Virus record (IMG/VR): IMGVR_UViG_3300045988_035404
Strand: one strand, 5' to 3'
DNA from: a virus
Length of the DNA: 45,145 bases
The position numbers and the translations under genes were made by a program. Positions 26,427 through 34,513 of the stretch are shown here, one piece after another. Under the pieces are notes generated by a model. The model was not told the DNA's origin and searched no databases. It saw only the letters and a program-made list of their open reading frames with translations. Position 1 is the first letter of the stretch, and every line of letters begins with the position of its first letter.

Positions 26427-27662
26427 CTAACCAAACATATTTAGCAAGTCGTCATAGCTTGCTCTTTCCGTACTACCGATGACAAAATCAGAATATATAG
26501 CGTATCTCACACTATCCAGCACGTCATCAAACTCTTTCAACGGTTCATCCTTCGTGCTGTTCTCTTTCCATCGATATTGGAATATCTCATCAAAAAAACG
26601 AGGCATAAATCCTCGTTTAACGTATAATTTGCGTTCCTTAAATAATTTAGCGATAAGCTCGATACCGGCTATCACTGACTTATTAGCGTTACTGATATCA
26701 AACCCTTCGTTTTCAAATCTTGCTACGTGCTCTGGACGGGCACTATCAGCATAGAATGGAATGTTCCCATAAATGTCAGTCAGTTTCCTAGCTTGCTCTA
26801 CCCACCAATCTATCTCTTTGAATTGCGCTGCTACGCCGTCAACAAGATAGTAATTGCCGTCCACGCCCTCACCGACTACTACGATAGAGCCGTAGTGAGT
26901 GTACCCCCAGTCAATGCCAGCAAAGTAGCGTTTCATATCTGGCAATTCATCAACTACGTGAATCTTACTGTCATAATCGGCATAAATAGCGCCCTCTGCG
27001 ACTGTCCATAGTCCAAGGATATCTCTGTCGTAGAATTTCCCCTTCGGTGTGGCCGCCTTAATAGAGTCAATATAGCGTTTTGATAAAAAAGTGTTATCGT
27101 CGAGCTTAAAACTAAAATCTATAATCTTGCCATCGTTCTTGCCGATGTAGTCTCGATTCAGCCAGTGATTAGGGTTGTCTGGGTTGCTATCCCATACCAC
27201 TCGAGCACCTTCACCAGAGCACCGTGAGATAATCTCTTTGAAAACAATCTCGTTAGCTAGCGACGCCTCGTTGACATAAGCCCCGAATGCTGTAAAACCA
27301 CGGGCACGCTTAAGTCCAGATATGGAGCCAGTGTAAACTTGCACAACTTTAACACCACAAAACACAAACGAGCCATGCTTGTCATACTTAGGCTCGAAGC
27401 CGTATTTGTTGTAGAGTTCTTGCAATACGTTGTTTTGAATAGAAGTCGAAGATGTGCCGGCCAAAATGTAAATGGGTTCGTCCACGCCTAGACGGTCAGC
27501 GATTTTTCTGACGCGACTTAATTCAGTTACGAATGTATCGTTATTCACCACGGTCTTACCAGCACGTTTAGCGCCATGAAGTCCACAGATAAACCAGTCG
27601 TTATTCCAGATGTACTTAAGCACGTCTAACTGCCGCTTAGTGTATAGCTTACTCAAGTTCAT
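26427..27662 (-). CDS. terL: Terminase large subunit (PBSX/Terminase_3-like)
   Basis: Walker A-like HGAKRAGKT, 411 aa, overlaps the TerS end. Confidence 0.85.
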   Translation of the reverse strand: MNLSKLYTKRQLDVLKYIWNNDWFICGLHGAKRAGKTVVNNDTFVTELSRVRKIADRLGVDEPIYILAGTSSTSIQNNVLQELYNKYGFEPKYDKHGSFVFCGVKVVQVYTGSISGLKRARGFTAFGAYVNEASLANEIVFKEIISRCSGEGARVVWDSNPDNPNHWLNRDYIGKNDGKIIDFSFKLDDNTFLSKRYIDSIKAATPKGKFYDRDILGLWTVAEGAIYADYDSKIHVVDELPDMKRYFAGIDWGYTHYGSIVVVGEGVDGNYYLVDGVAAQFKEIDWWVEQARKLTDIYGNIPFYADSARPEHVARFENEGFDISNANKSVIAGIELIAKLFKERKLYVKRGFMPRFFDEIFQYRWKENSTKDEPLKEFDDVLDSVRYAIYSDFVIGSTERASYDDLLNMFG

Positions 27663-28110
27663 CGCTTACAGCTCCTTTGATGATGTCGAGGAAACCGGCT
27701 ATTTTTTCATCTTGACCTTCTTCTTTGCCAATCTGAGACTTAAGCTTCTCGTTCCCCAATTGAATGGCAGTGATTCTCTCTCGTTGTTCCTTGCGGTCCA
27801 AGCTGTCCTTGGTATCGATGGCGACCAGTCTGGCTATCTGTTCAAACGCCTTGACATTACCCTTCATGGCTTTCTGCATCATGACCATAGCTAAAGCCAT
27901 TTCGTTCGTAGCTTCAAACCCCAACGCTTCAAGTTGCTTTGATATGTTTTCATTCGCTACGTCTGCTTTTAAAATGGTATTAAACGCCTTTTTTAAATCC
28001 GCTTTTTTCCGTCGGGCCTTCCCGGATGCTATACCACCTCGGCGTTGTATTTCTCGTTGTTCCCTCTTACTTCTCTCAGTAATTGGTTTCAAGTTTTGTT
28101 CATTAGCCAT
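27649..28110 (-). CDS. terS: Terminase small subunit
   Basis: Basic N-terminus (RSKREQREIQRRGGIASGKARRKK) and position upstream of TerL. Confidence 0.7.
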   Translation of the reverse strand: MANEQNLKPITERSKREQREIQRRGGIASGKARRKKADLKKAFNTILKADVANENISKQLEALGFEATNEMALAMVMMQKAMKGNVKAFEQIARLVAIDTKDSLDRKEQRERITAIQLGNEKLKSQIGKEEGQDEKIAGFLDIIKGAVSDELE

Positions 28111-28129
28111 CGCCTCACTTCCTGTCGTT

Positions 28130-29401
28130 TTAGTTTATTTTTTCAGCTTTCAGTCCAGTTTCGTCTTCCCAACGCTTGATGGTTCTTTCAACGTATAACG
28201 GGTCAAGTTCCATCCCGTAGTAAATGCGCTCGGTTTTTTCACAAACCATAAGCGTCGAACCTCCACCATTAAAACTATCGAGCACGCGCTCTCCCTTTTT
28301 ACTAGAATTGAGAACACATCTAGCAATCAACTTCAACGGTTTCATAGTTGGATGGATATCATTTCTTACTGGTTTGTCTTCGTAGAAAACACTTGTCAGG
28401 CTACCCTCTTGCATTGTCTTGATATAAGCAATAAGTTCGCCTTTTGTCATTTCTTTCAAGTTGTCTTCGTCTTCTTCAATCACAGTAGCCAAAGAGCGAT
28501 TATCTACAAAATAATGCGACGCTCCATCTTTCCACCCATAGAGACACGGTTCATGTTTCCACTGGTAGTCTTGTCGACCTAAGACGATGCTGTTTTTTAC
28601 CCAGATAATATTCTGTTTTAGCAACCATCCAGTCTCTTTTACTGCAGCTCTAAAATTCAACCCTTCTGAATCTGCGTGCCAGATATAAAAGGCGCCTCCC
28701 GGCTTCAAGTGCTTGTCGGCAACCGAAAATGCGTCTTTCAAAAATTGACGGAAACTGACGTCATCCATGCTGTCATTCATAATCGTCATAGCTTCTTCAG
28801 TCCCCCCCTCATACGCTACGTTGTAAGGTGGGTCTGTGACATATAAATCTATCTTGTTGCCGTCTACGAGTTCCTCCATGTCAGCTATTGACGTGCTATC
28901 ACCACACATTAAACGGTGCCGGCCTAATTGATATATGTCGCCGTACTCAACCGCTGACGTTTGGGTGTCTTGTTCGTTTATTTCTTCTGCATCTTCGGTA
29001 TCCAACTCTTCGTCTTCAAAATCATCCAAGGTGTAATCTTGATCAGTAAAACCAAAGAGTGTCATATCAAGATTGTCGACACTATCAATCTCGCTCAATA
29101 ATAGCTCAATATCCCACTGAGCTATCTCGGCCACTTTATTGTCTGCTAATCTGAATGCCTTGACTTGTTCTTCTGTCAAATCGTCTGCGATGATAACTGG
29201 AACTGTTTTTAGTTTTAGTTTTTTAGCAGCCTTCCAGCGCGTGTGCCCATTGATGATCTCACCGTCTGACGTTGCCACGATTGGCACCTTAAAACCAAAT
29301 TCACTGATGGAATTAGCAACCGGCCCAACTGCTTCATCGTTATTTCTTGGGTTGTTTTCGTAAGGGGTTAGCCACCCTAACGGCTTATCATAGATTTGCA
29401 T
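28130..29401 (-). CDS. ParB-like nuclease domain fused to a DNA methyltransferase (N6A/N4C, PF01555-type)
   Basis: N-terminal ParB-N motif (PYENNPRNN...INGHTR). DPPY motif, then the FNGGGST AdoMet motif C-terminal to it (beta-class order). Confidence 0.85.
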   Translation of the reverse strand: MQIYDKPLGWLTPYENNPRNNDEAVGPVANSISEFGFKVPIVATSDGEIINGHTRWKAAKKLKLKTVPVIIADDLTEEQVKAFRLADNKVAEIAQWDIELLLSEIDSVDNLDMTLFGFTDQDYTLDDFEDEELDTEDAEEINEQDTQTSAVEYGDIYQLGRHRLMCGDSTSIADMEELVDGNKIDLYVTDPPYNVAYEGGTEEAMTIMNDSMDDVSFRQFLKDAFSVADKHLKPGGAFYIWHADSEGLNFRAAVKETGWLLKQNIIWVKNSIVLGRQDYQWKHEPCLYGWKDGASHYFVDNRSLATVIEEDEDNLKEMTKGELIAYIKTMQEGSLTSVFYEDKPVRNDIHPTMKPLKLIARCVLNSSKKGERVLDSFNGGGSTLMVCEKTERIYYGMELDPLYVERTIKRWEDETGLKAEKIN

Positions 29402-29417
29402 ATTCTCCTCTCAGCGT

Positions 29418-29486
29418 AAAAAAAGAGACTTAATAGTTATTAAGTCCCACTTTGTAATCAAAGCGATTTATAAGTCTCTTTTTTTG
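29418..29486. terminator. Composite bidirectional terminator in the late leader
   Basis: A7-AGAGACTTAATAgtTATTAAGTC...TAAGTCTCT-T7. Alternative hairpins with U-runs are available on both strands. Confidence 0.5.
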
Positions 29487-29548
29487 TTCATGTTATTTCA
29501 ACGCAATCACCTTCTTTCAGGTAGGTTGCTATAATTATCAATACTAAT

Positions 29549-29572
29549 ATTATACCGCTATCATTCCGCTAT
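29549..29572 (-). promoter_or_regulatory. Candidate activator-dependent late promoter with two ATAGCGG boxes
   Basis: TATAAT at 29554..29549 has no -35. ATAGCGG direct repeats (plus-strand ccgctat at 29555-29561 and 29566-29572) are spaced 11 bp apart, directly after arpU. Confidence 0.35.
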
Positions 29573-29580
29573 ATTCTTCT

Positions 29581-30030
29581 TTATTCTTCGCAATAATCTC
29601 CTGAAAATACCAGGCATTCGCCGTTTCTGTAGTTCTCAGCAAACTCTAAAATGGCTAGTTCTCTCATTCGATAATATTCACTTTCAGAATATCCAAGGTC
29701 CATATAGACTTCAATGTTGTATTGCTTTCTGTTTCTGCAATAACACTCTATCAATATCTGGCTGTAATGCCTATCTGATAATGCGTTGATAGCTCTGACA
29801 ATAGCTTGTAAGTCTTGTTCAGCGGCCACCTTGCGTGTTACCATGTTTTCGGTCTGACTATGGACCATGCCGTCGAATGATTTGGGTTCTAACGAGAATG
29901 AAGCTGTCACTTTAGGGGCGTATTCCAAGCCCGCTATCCGTGTTAGCATGCGATACCTTCTTAGCACCTTTATAGCTTTCTTTTTAGTTGCGGTTTTATC
30001 TACTTCCGCAAAGAGATTGATACTTGCCAT
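29581..30030 (-). CDS. arpU: ArpU-family late transcriptional regulator
   Basis: 149 aa upstream of the packaging genes. The sequence pattern (RRYRMLTRIAG...) resembles the ArpU/RinA-type family. Confidence 0.75.
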   Translation of the reverse strand: MASINLFAEVDKTATKKKAIKVLRRYRMLTRIAGLEYAPKVTASFSLEPKSFDGMVHSQTENMVTRKVAAEQDLQAIVRAINALSDRHYSQILIECYCRNRKQYNIEVYMDLGYSESEYYRMRELAILEFAENYRNGECLVFSGDYCEE

Positions 30031-30045
30031 GACACCCCTCTTGTG

Positions 30046-30103
30046 TGATATAATAGTTGTATCGTGTTCAAAGAGTGCCGGCCATTGTGTCGGTCTTTTT
30101 TTT
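30046..30103 (+). ncRNA. Candidate short cis-antisense unit opposite the arpU 5' UTR
   Basis: TGATATAAT at 30046-30054, hairpin at 30078-30093 (CCGGC/GUCGG), T8 at 30096-30103, all on the plus strand. Confidence 0.3.
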
Positions 30104-30398
30104 ATTTTAGCTCAAGAAACGTTAAGAGATTTTATTGAAAAGATAGAATACGTATTTATTCTTGGGGTTGTCTCTTGGGCCTTTTATCACCTCCTTTCTA
30201 GCCAAATGACACCAGCAAGGCCTTTGGCTTTGTTTAGTAATGCAAGATATCAATAAGAAAGAGGGTGTTTCACATCCTTTTTTCTTAAATTTGCTGGGTT
30301 TGTTTGGACAAGGTCTGTCAGCTTGTCCGGTGTTAAAAAAGTGTCCAAGCCACTAAAAATCTATATTCATTTTTTTATTTTTAGTGATGACAGACAAT

Positions 30399-30441
30399 GA
30401 CTGGCAAGAGGAATCGAACCCCTTGAGCAACCATTCCAGCC
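30399..30441 (-). ncRNA. T-arm-like structured element, copy A
   Basis: Minus-strand RNA reads GGCUGG-13 nt-AAGGGG UUCGAUU CCUCUU-CCAGUC. It has a tRNA-like T-loop but no cloverleaf. Confidence 0.35.
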
Positions 30442-30736
30442 TAGATATAGTGAAATCATTATCGGGGATATTCCCCTTTCGTTTTTGAAATAATACAAGA
30501 ATTAAGTCGGATGAATTATGGAGATTTCTGACCTATATCTTTTGCAGGCATACGCCTTGGATAATAACGCTACCAGTAATGCGCTTTAGATTGGTAAACA
30601 AAATAAAAAAGGTTCCTCGATTCTATAACTTATTATTTACTGGATTTTGGTAGCATCCACGACCAGACACGCTTCAGCTTGATTTGAATGAAAAAATAAA
30701 GGATTCCTCTTTTCCGTATATAGATTGACTGGTAAT

Positions 30737-30776
30737 AGCTAGGGAGGGAGTCGAACCCTCGTAAACCGTTCTAGCT
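30737..30776 (-). ncRNA. T-arm-like structured element, copy B
   Basis: Minus-strand RNA reads AGCUAG-10 nt-GAGGG UUCGACU CCCUC-C-CUAGCU. It starts at the stop codon of the 236-aa gene. Confidence 0.35.
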
Positions 30777-31485
30777 ACACGCCTAGAGCGTAGGCTTTAT
30801 ATAAGGCTTTTCTGACCGTAATTTTGTTACGTCCTAACTCGCCCTTGGTCCGATATTCGAGTGTGATGCGGTCAACTTCATCGTCCAATCTCTCGCTCCA
30901 TTCGTAGTTATTGAAGACAAAGTCAATAATTTCACTGAATAGCTCTCTTGAAAGTAGCCCTTCCATTTGGATTGCTTTCAAAGGCGTTAGGGCGGCTTTT
31001 TCCGTATAGCACAGATTGAGGGCGTTTTGGGTTTTGTTAGCACTTTTTTGGTTGCACCCTTTAACCTCTCTGATATAGCTATTTAGGTTGTTAGGGTGTT
31101 CCTTGCGCAGTGCTTCCACTTCCTCTTGGAACTGCTTGAATAGTTCTTCTGGCAGTCCTGCGTTGATTTTATCCAAAACTGGGCGAGTGATTGTGCCTCT
31201 CGTATAGTGTTTAGACAGATAGCTTTGAATATCACTGAATAATTCGTCAGAAATAATGCCATTTAGCTCGCTTGCAGTCTTAGGTGATAGCTTCAATCGT
31301 CCCACGACTACGCTATTGAATTTCTGATAAATATTCCTAGCTTGCGCTTCACTGCACTGTCGCACTTCTTGAAAATACTGTTTATAGGAGCCTTTTTTGT
31401 GTGTTTTTCTCAGTGCCGCATGTTCACTGACTAACCGTTGGTATAATTCCTCGGTCAACCCGGAATATTTGTAGGTTTTACTCAT
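30775..31485 (-). CDS. Hypothetical protein, 236 aa, made of two tandem ~95-aa repeats
   Basis: The ATG at 31485 has an AGAGGAG SD and an ATGA overlap with the upstream gene; the track start at 31563 is rejected. Internal duplication: LTEELYQRL...SDELFSDIQSYL versus LPEELFKQF...SRELFSEIIDFV. Confidence 0.75.
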   Translation of the reverse strand: MSKTYKYSGLTEELYQRLVSEHAALRKTHKKGSYKQYFQEVRQCSEAQARNIYQKFNSVVVGRLKLSPKTASELNGIISDELFSDIQSYLSKHYTRGTITRPVLDKINAGLPEELFKQFQEEVEALRKEHPNNLNSYIREVKGCNQKSANKTQNALNLCYTEKAALTPLKAIQMEGLLSRELFSEIIDFVFNNYEWSERLDDEVDRITLEYRTKGELGRNKITVRKALYKAYALGV

Positions 31486-31730
31486 GGGTGGCGCTCCTCT
31501 ATCACTTTGTGATCCATGACATATCCCTCTAACGAGATTTCTATAAGTTCTCCAGAACACCAATCATATCGGCTTTGTTTGATTATAACTGTCGACAGCG
31601 TCCGTCTGAACGACGGGTCCATCCCGCTGACAATAGCCACATCTTTTCTGAAACGGCCACGTTCAAACACCACATCATAGAGTTTTGAGACGTTTTTCAT
31701 TACCGCTTTTTTTCGCTGGCGCTTGTTCAT
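31482..31730 (-). CDS. Hypothetical early protein, 82 aa
   Basis: The ATG at 31730 forms an ATGA overlap with the YopX stop. Confidence 0.65.
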   Translation of the reverse strand: MNKRQRKKAVMKNVSKLYDVVFERGRFRKDVAIVSGMDPSFRRTLSTVIIKQSRYDWCSGELIEISLEGYVMDHKVIEERHP

Positions 31731-32125
31731 TTCTTCACCTCTACAAGCTCTGGGTCCTCCCATACATTGCCGATAATTTTAAACGGATAAGGATTATCTT
31801 CAAACAATTCACCCAGAGCTTCCTTTGCGTTGTATTTTTTTGAATCAAATACAAACAAAGCATGTTTGCTATCCCAAGAAACCTCTAATTTTACTTTTAC
31901 ATTTTCTTCATCAGTTTCAATGCTAAGAATATCCCCTTCGAATATCTCTTTGCCATTCTTGTCGGTCAGTCCAGTTGATTGCATGAGAACATAATTTTTT
32001 AGGTCCTCTTTTACAACATTTCCATTTTTGTAGGTTGCTTTGATAAGTTGTTCCTCGAAAACCAGTGCATCAACTTGCACCATCTCCTTAAACTCTTTAT
32101 CCCACGCTCTATATCTTGGTATCAT
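31727..32125 (-). CDS. YopX-family protein
   Basis: RAWDKEFKEM...TGLTDKNGKEIFEGDI...GNVWE is a typical YopX pattern. Confidence 0.8.
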   Translation of the reverse strand: MIPRYRAWDKEFKEMVQVDALVFEEQLIKATYKNGNVVKEDLKNYVLMQSTGLTDKNGKEIFEGDILSIETDEENVKVKLEVSWDSKHALFVFDSKKYNAKEALGELFEDNPYPFKIIGNVWEDPELVEVKK

Positions 32126-32139
32126 TGCCCTCTCCCGTT

Positions 32140-32568
32140 CTAAGCCTCAACTACTGGAAAATGAATTTTTCCAATAACGATAGCGGCGACGCTGTAATAA
32201 AATCCACCGTTGCCATCGTTTGCTTCACATTCTGCCAATGCTATAGGATTTTGGTTGTGGTAAATAGTGACCGTATTCTCACAAGTGGTCCCGTCGCCAT
32301 TGTCGAATTTTGTGGGTTCTCCGATTTTTAAATCAGTAATGACTGCGTCTAGCTTGACATCTTTGAACTCCCCGCCCGCATAGGCACAACAATCACTTTC
32401 TGACATCTCAATAGTTACCTTTGTACCATCTTCGAGCAACAGAAAGTCTTTATCCCATTTCACGATACGCTTGTAGAGTAACAACTCTTTAAGTTCCTCT
32501 AATGAGCCGTACCTTGCATCTTCTTGCTCAGGCTTATAGTAACCTGGTAATCCAATAGTTTCCGTCAT
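32140..32568 (-). CDS. Hypothetical early protein, 142 aa
   Basis: GAGGGAG SD. No family recognised. Confidence 0.7.
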   Translation of the reverse strand: MTETIGLPGYYKPEQEDARYGSLEELKELLLYKRIVKWDKDFLLLEDGTKVTIEMSESDCCAYAGGEFKDVKLDAVITDLKIGEPTKFDNGDGTTCENTVTIYHNQNPIALAECEANDGNGGFYYSVAAIVIGKIHFPVVEA

Positions 32569-32569
32569 C

Positions 32570-32881
32570 TTAACTCCCTCGTCCTTTCAGATAAGCTGGG
32601 ATATCATCCCCAACTTGCACGCTATCGTACTGTTCTTTGCTGACAAGAAACTTACCATAAGCCCCACAATCGAGCGTGTAGAGTTTCCCGACCATAGATT
32701 TTCCAGTAACCTTACCATGCAACTCAACGGCATTATCAGCCTTATGGATAACCACTGTCTCGATAGGTCGATTAACCACGTTAGCAACTGTACCAACGTT
32801 GATGGATAGTGAGATAACCAGTAGGGCGGTAGCTATGCCTAGTTGGTTATCTCTTTTTGGTTTCCTTGACAAAGTTGTCAT
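32570..32881 (-). CDS. Membrane-anchored protein (DUF1372-like), 103 aa
   Basis: ATG at 32881; the track start is TTG. It has an N-terminal TM helix. Confidence 0.6.
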   Translation of the reverse strand: MTTLSRKPKRDNQLGIATALLVISLSINVGTVANVVNRPIETVVIHKADNAVELHGKVTGKSMVGKLYTLDCGAYGKFLVSKEQYDSVQVGDDIPAYLKGRGS

Positions 32882-33164
32882 CAATCATCACTCCTTTTCT
32901 GTCTTTAATGTCGTTATAAGCGATTGTAAGGCACTCTTCCACGTCGTATCCTAGCTGCAAGCATAAAACTATTAGCGTCACAATCGAATCTCCTATGGCG
33001 TCTTTTAGCGACCATTCTGGGTCTGCAAAGTCAGACGGTCTCAGAAATACGTCTCTGATTTCCCCGACTTCCTCAGTCACTTTCATCCATTGAGTTTTGG
33101 GATTACCCTTATCCAATCCGTGACTGATAGCCCATTCGTTGATTTTATTGATTAGGTTATTCAT
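32847..33164 (-). CDS. mazG: MazG-like nucleotide pyrophosphohydrolase
   Basis: The pattern W.KVTEEVGEI...AIGDSIVTL is typical of small phage MazG proteins. Confidence 0.75.
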   Translation of the reverse strand: MNNLINKINEWAISHGLDKGNPKTQWMKVTEEVGEIRDVFLRPSDFADPEWSLKDAIGDSIVTLIVLCLQLGYDVEECLTIAYNDIKDRKGVMIDDNFVKETKKR

Positions 33165-33547
33165 CCGTTACCTCCGAAAATAAAAGATTCATAGAGAAAC
33201 CGCTCTTGATAAATTCTTCGGTAAGTGCTTTGTTAATGCCGTTACCTAAAAGATGGTAGACTACATCAACATTAACACTGGCACCTAAATACTTTTCTAA
33301 ACGCTCTTTGTTGAAAACGTAAAAATCAATATTTCTTTTAGCTTGGTTGTACGGAGCTGCTCTAGCAATATCTCTCGTGCACCACATCAAAACCTTTGAA
33401 ATAACATCTTCTCTTGTCAAACAACCTTCCAAGCGAAAAAAAAGTGTTTGTTTTTGGGATTAAAATAAATTCTAATTGTCTGTTTATATACGAATCAGGA
33501 AAACAATTCATGAGTTTTTTTAACTCTTCATACACTTCATTATTCAT
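33157..33547 (-). pseudogene. Frameshifted early gene (61-aa and 91-aa ORFs joined at a T8 run)
   Basis: The downstream ORF starts only at an internal-looking TTG. Removing one T from the run at 33436-33443 fuses both ORFs into a 129-aa ORF. Confidence 0.5.
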
Positions 33548-33621
33548 CTGTCACCTCCAAACAGCGTGCGCCAAGCGTAAACCGCAGCTACGAACGCCAA
33601 AATGAATTTAATCGTTTCCAT
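33544..33621 (-). CDS. Possible 25-aa hydrophobic peptide (METIKFILAFVAAVYAWRTLFGGDR)
   Basis: GAGGTGG SD. ATGA coupling to the next gene. Confidence 0.3.
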   Translation of the reverse strand: METIKFILAFVAAVYAWRTLFGGDR

Positions 33622-34126
33622 CGTCCACCTCTTTCACTTCAACGCCTGGGCAGTCAAACACCCAGCCGAAGTCGGCTTCTTCTAGCTCTTTGCGGGTGTG
33701 GGCTACTCTTACCCCCTTCGCGCCTTTACCATCATCAAAAGTCCAGTCTTTAAAAGATGTACCATAGTTCAAAAACTTGTAATTGTCGTCAATCCCTTTA
33801 AACTCAACCGTATATCTAGACTCGCTCTCGACCTCGTAGCCATCAAGCCATGCTCTAGCGAAAATTTCTTGGTTTGTCTCTGTTCCTAGAAATTCTTTTA
33901 GTTTTGAACAATCTTCTTGACTTCCATAATTGTAAAAATCTATATCACTAATAAATAAAGCCCGAACCAGATTAACATTAGTAAATTTGCAATACTCAAT
34001 CCAATCCGCCACATACTGCGGAACGACTGGTTTAGGGAAGAGCGAATCATATAAGTCTTCTGCATGGGCTATTGAAAGGCGTCCTGCTGTTGCTAGTTTC
34101 TGTACTGCTTCATCTTTGTTCATCAT
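33608..34126 (-). CDS. DUF1642-family phage protein
   Basis: The motif PQYVADWIEYCK is typical of DUF1642. Confidence 0.75.
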   Translation of the reverse strand: MMNKDEAVQKLATAGRLSIAHAEDLYDSLFPKPVVPQYVADWIEYCKFTNVNLVRALFISDIDFYNYGSQEDCSKLKEFLGTETNQEIFARAWLDGYEVESESRYTVEFKGIDDNYKFLNYGTSFKDWTFDDGKGAKGVRVAHTRKELEEADFGWVFDCPGVEVKEVDDGND

Positions 34127-34283
34127 ATTGTTTCACCTCTTCCAATTCCACACGATACATTCTTGAGTTTCGGTACTTAATACCTCTCAAACGATGTAAT
34201 TCGTTGATAGCTTCATTCTTGTTGTTGAATGTATGCACGCTATCAACCATATTGTCGTAGTATACGATAACTTTATATCTCAT
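34110..34283 (-). CDS. Possible 57-aa protein, not in the ORF track
   Basis: Hand translation gives MRYKVIVYYDNMVDSVHTFNNKNEAINELHRLRGIKYRNSRMYRVELEEVKQYDEQR. It fills an otherwise empty gap and overlaps both neighbours. Confidence 0.45.
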   Translation of the reverse strand: MRYKVIVYYDNMVDSVHTFNNKNEAINELHRLRGIKYRNSRMYRVELEEVKQYDEQR

Positions 34284-34512
34284 ATAGTTCTACCATCCTT
34301 GCTAATAACTCCTTGTCTGGCAATTGCTCCAGTGTCAGAATGCGATTGAGCTTCTTAATGTCGATACCTAACTTAACGCTGATAAGCTCCATGTCCTTAC
34401 GATTAGTCCAAAACCATTTTGCAAATTCTTGAGTCTGATCTAAAACGCTGGTATGTCCATAGTTGCCGGGTGCATACACACCAACTAACTTATCCTTGTA
34501 TTTGCTATTCAT
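34273..34512 (-). CDS. Hypothetical early protein, 79 aa
   Basis: The ATG at 34512 has a GAAGGA SD; the track start is TTG. Confidence 0.6.
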   Translation of the reverse strand: MNSKYKDKLVGVYAPGNYGHTSVLDQTQEFAKWFWTNRKDMELISVKLGIDIKKLNRILTLEQLPDKELLARMVELYEI

Positions 34513-34513
34513 T

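Noticed and set aside
30399-30776. tRNA genes, suggested by the GGTTCGATTCC / GGTTCGACTCC T-loops
   Set aside because: Only a T-arm and a closing stem can be drawn. No D-arm or anticodon arm gives a cloverleaf on either strand. They are reported as tRNA-like motifs instead.
31486-31563. N-terminal extension of the 236-aa protein, and likewise the 31731-31763 extension of the 82-aa protein
   Set aside because: The internal ATGs have SDs and form ATGA overlaps with the upstream stops, which is the consistent coupling pattern in this operon.
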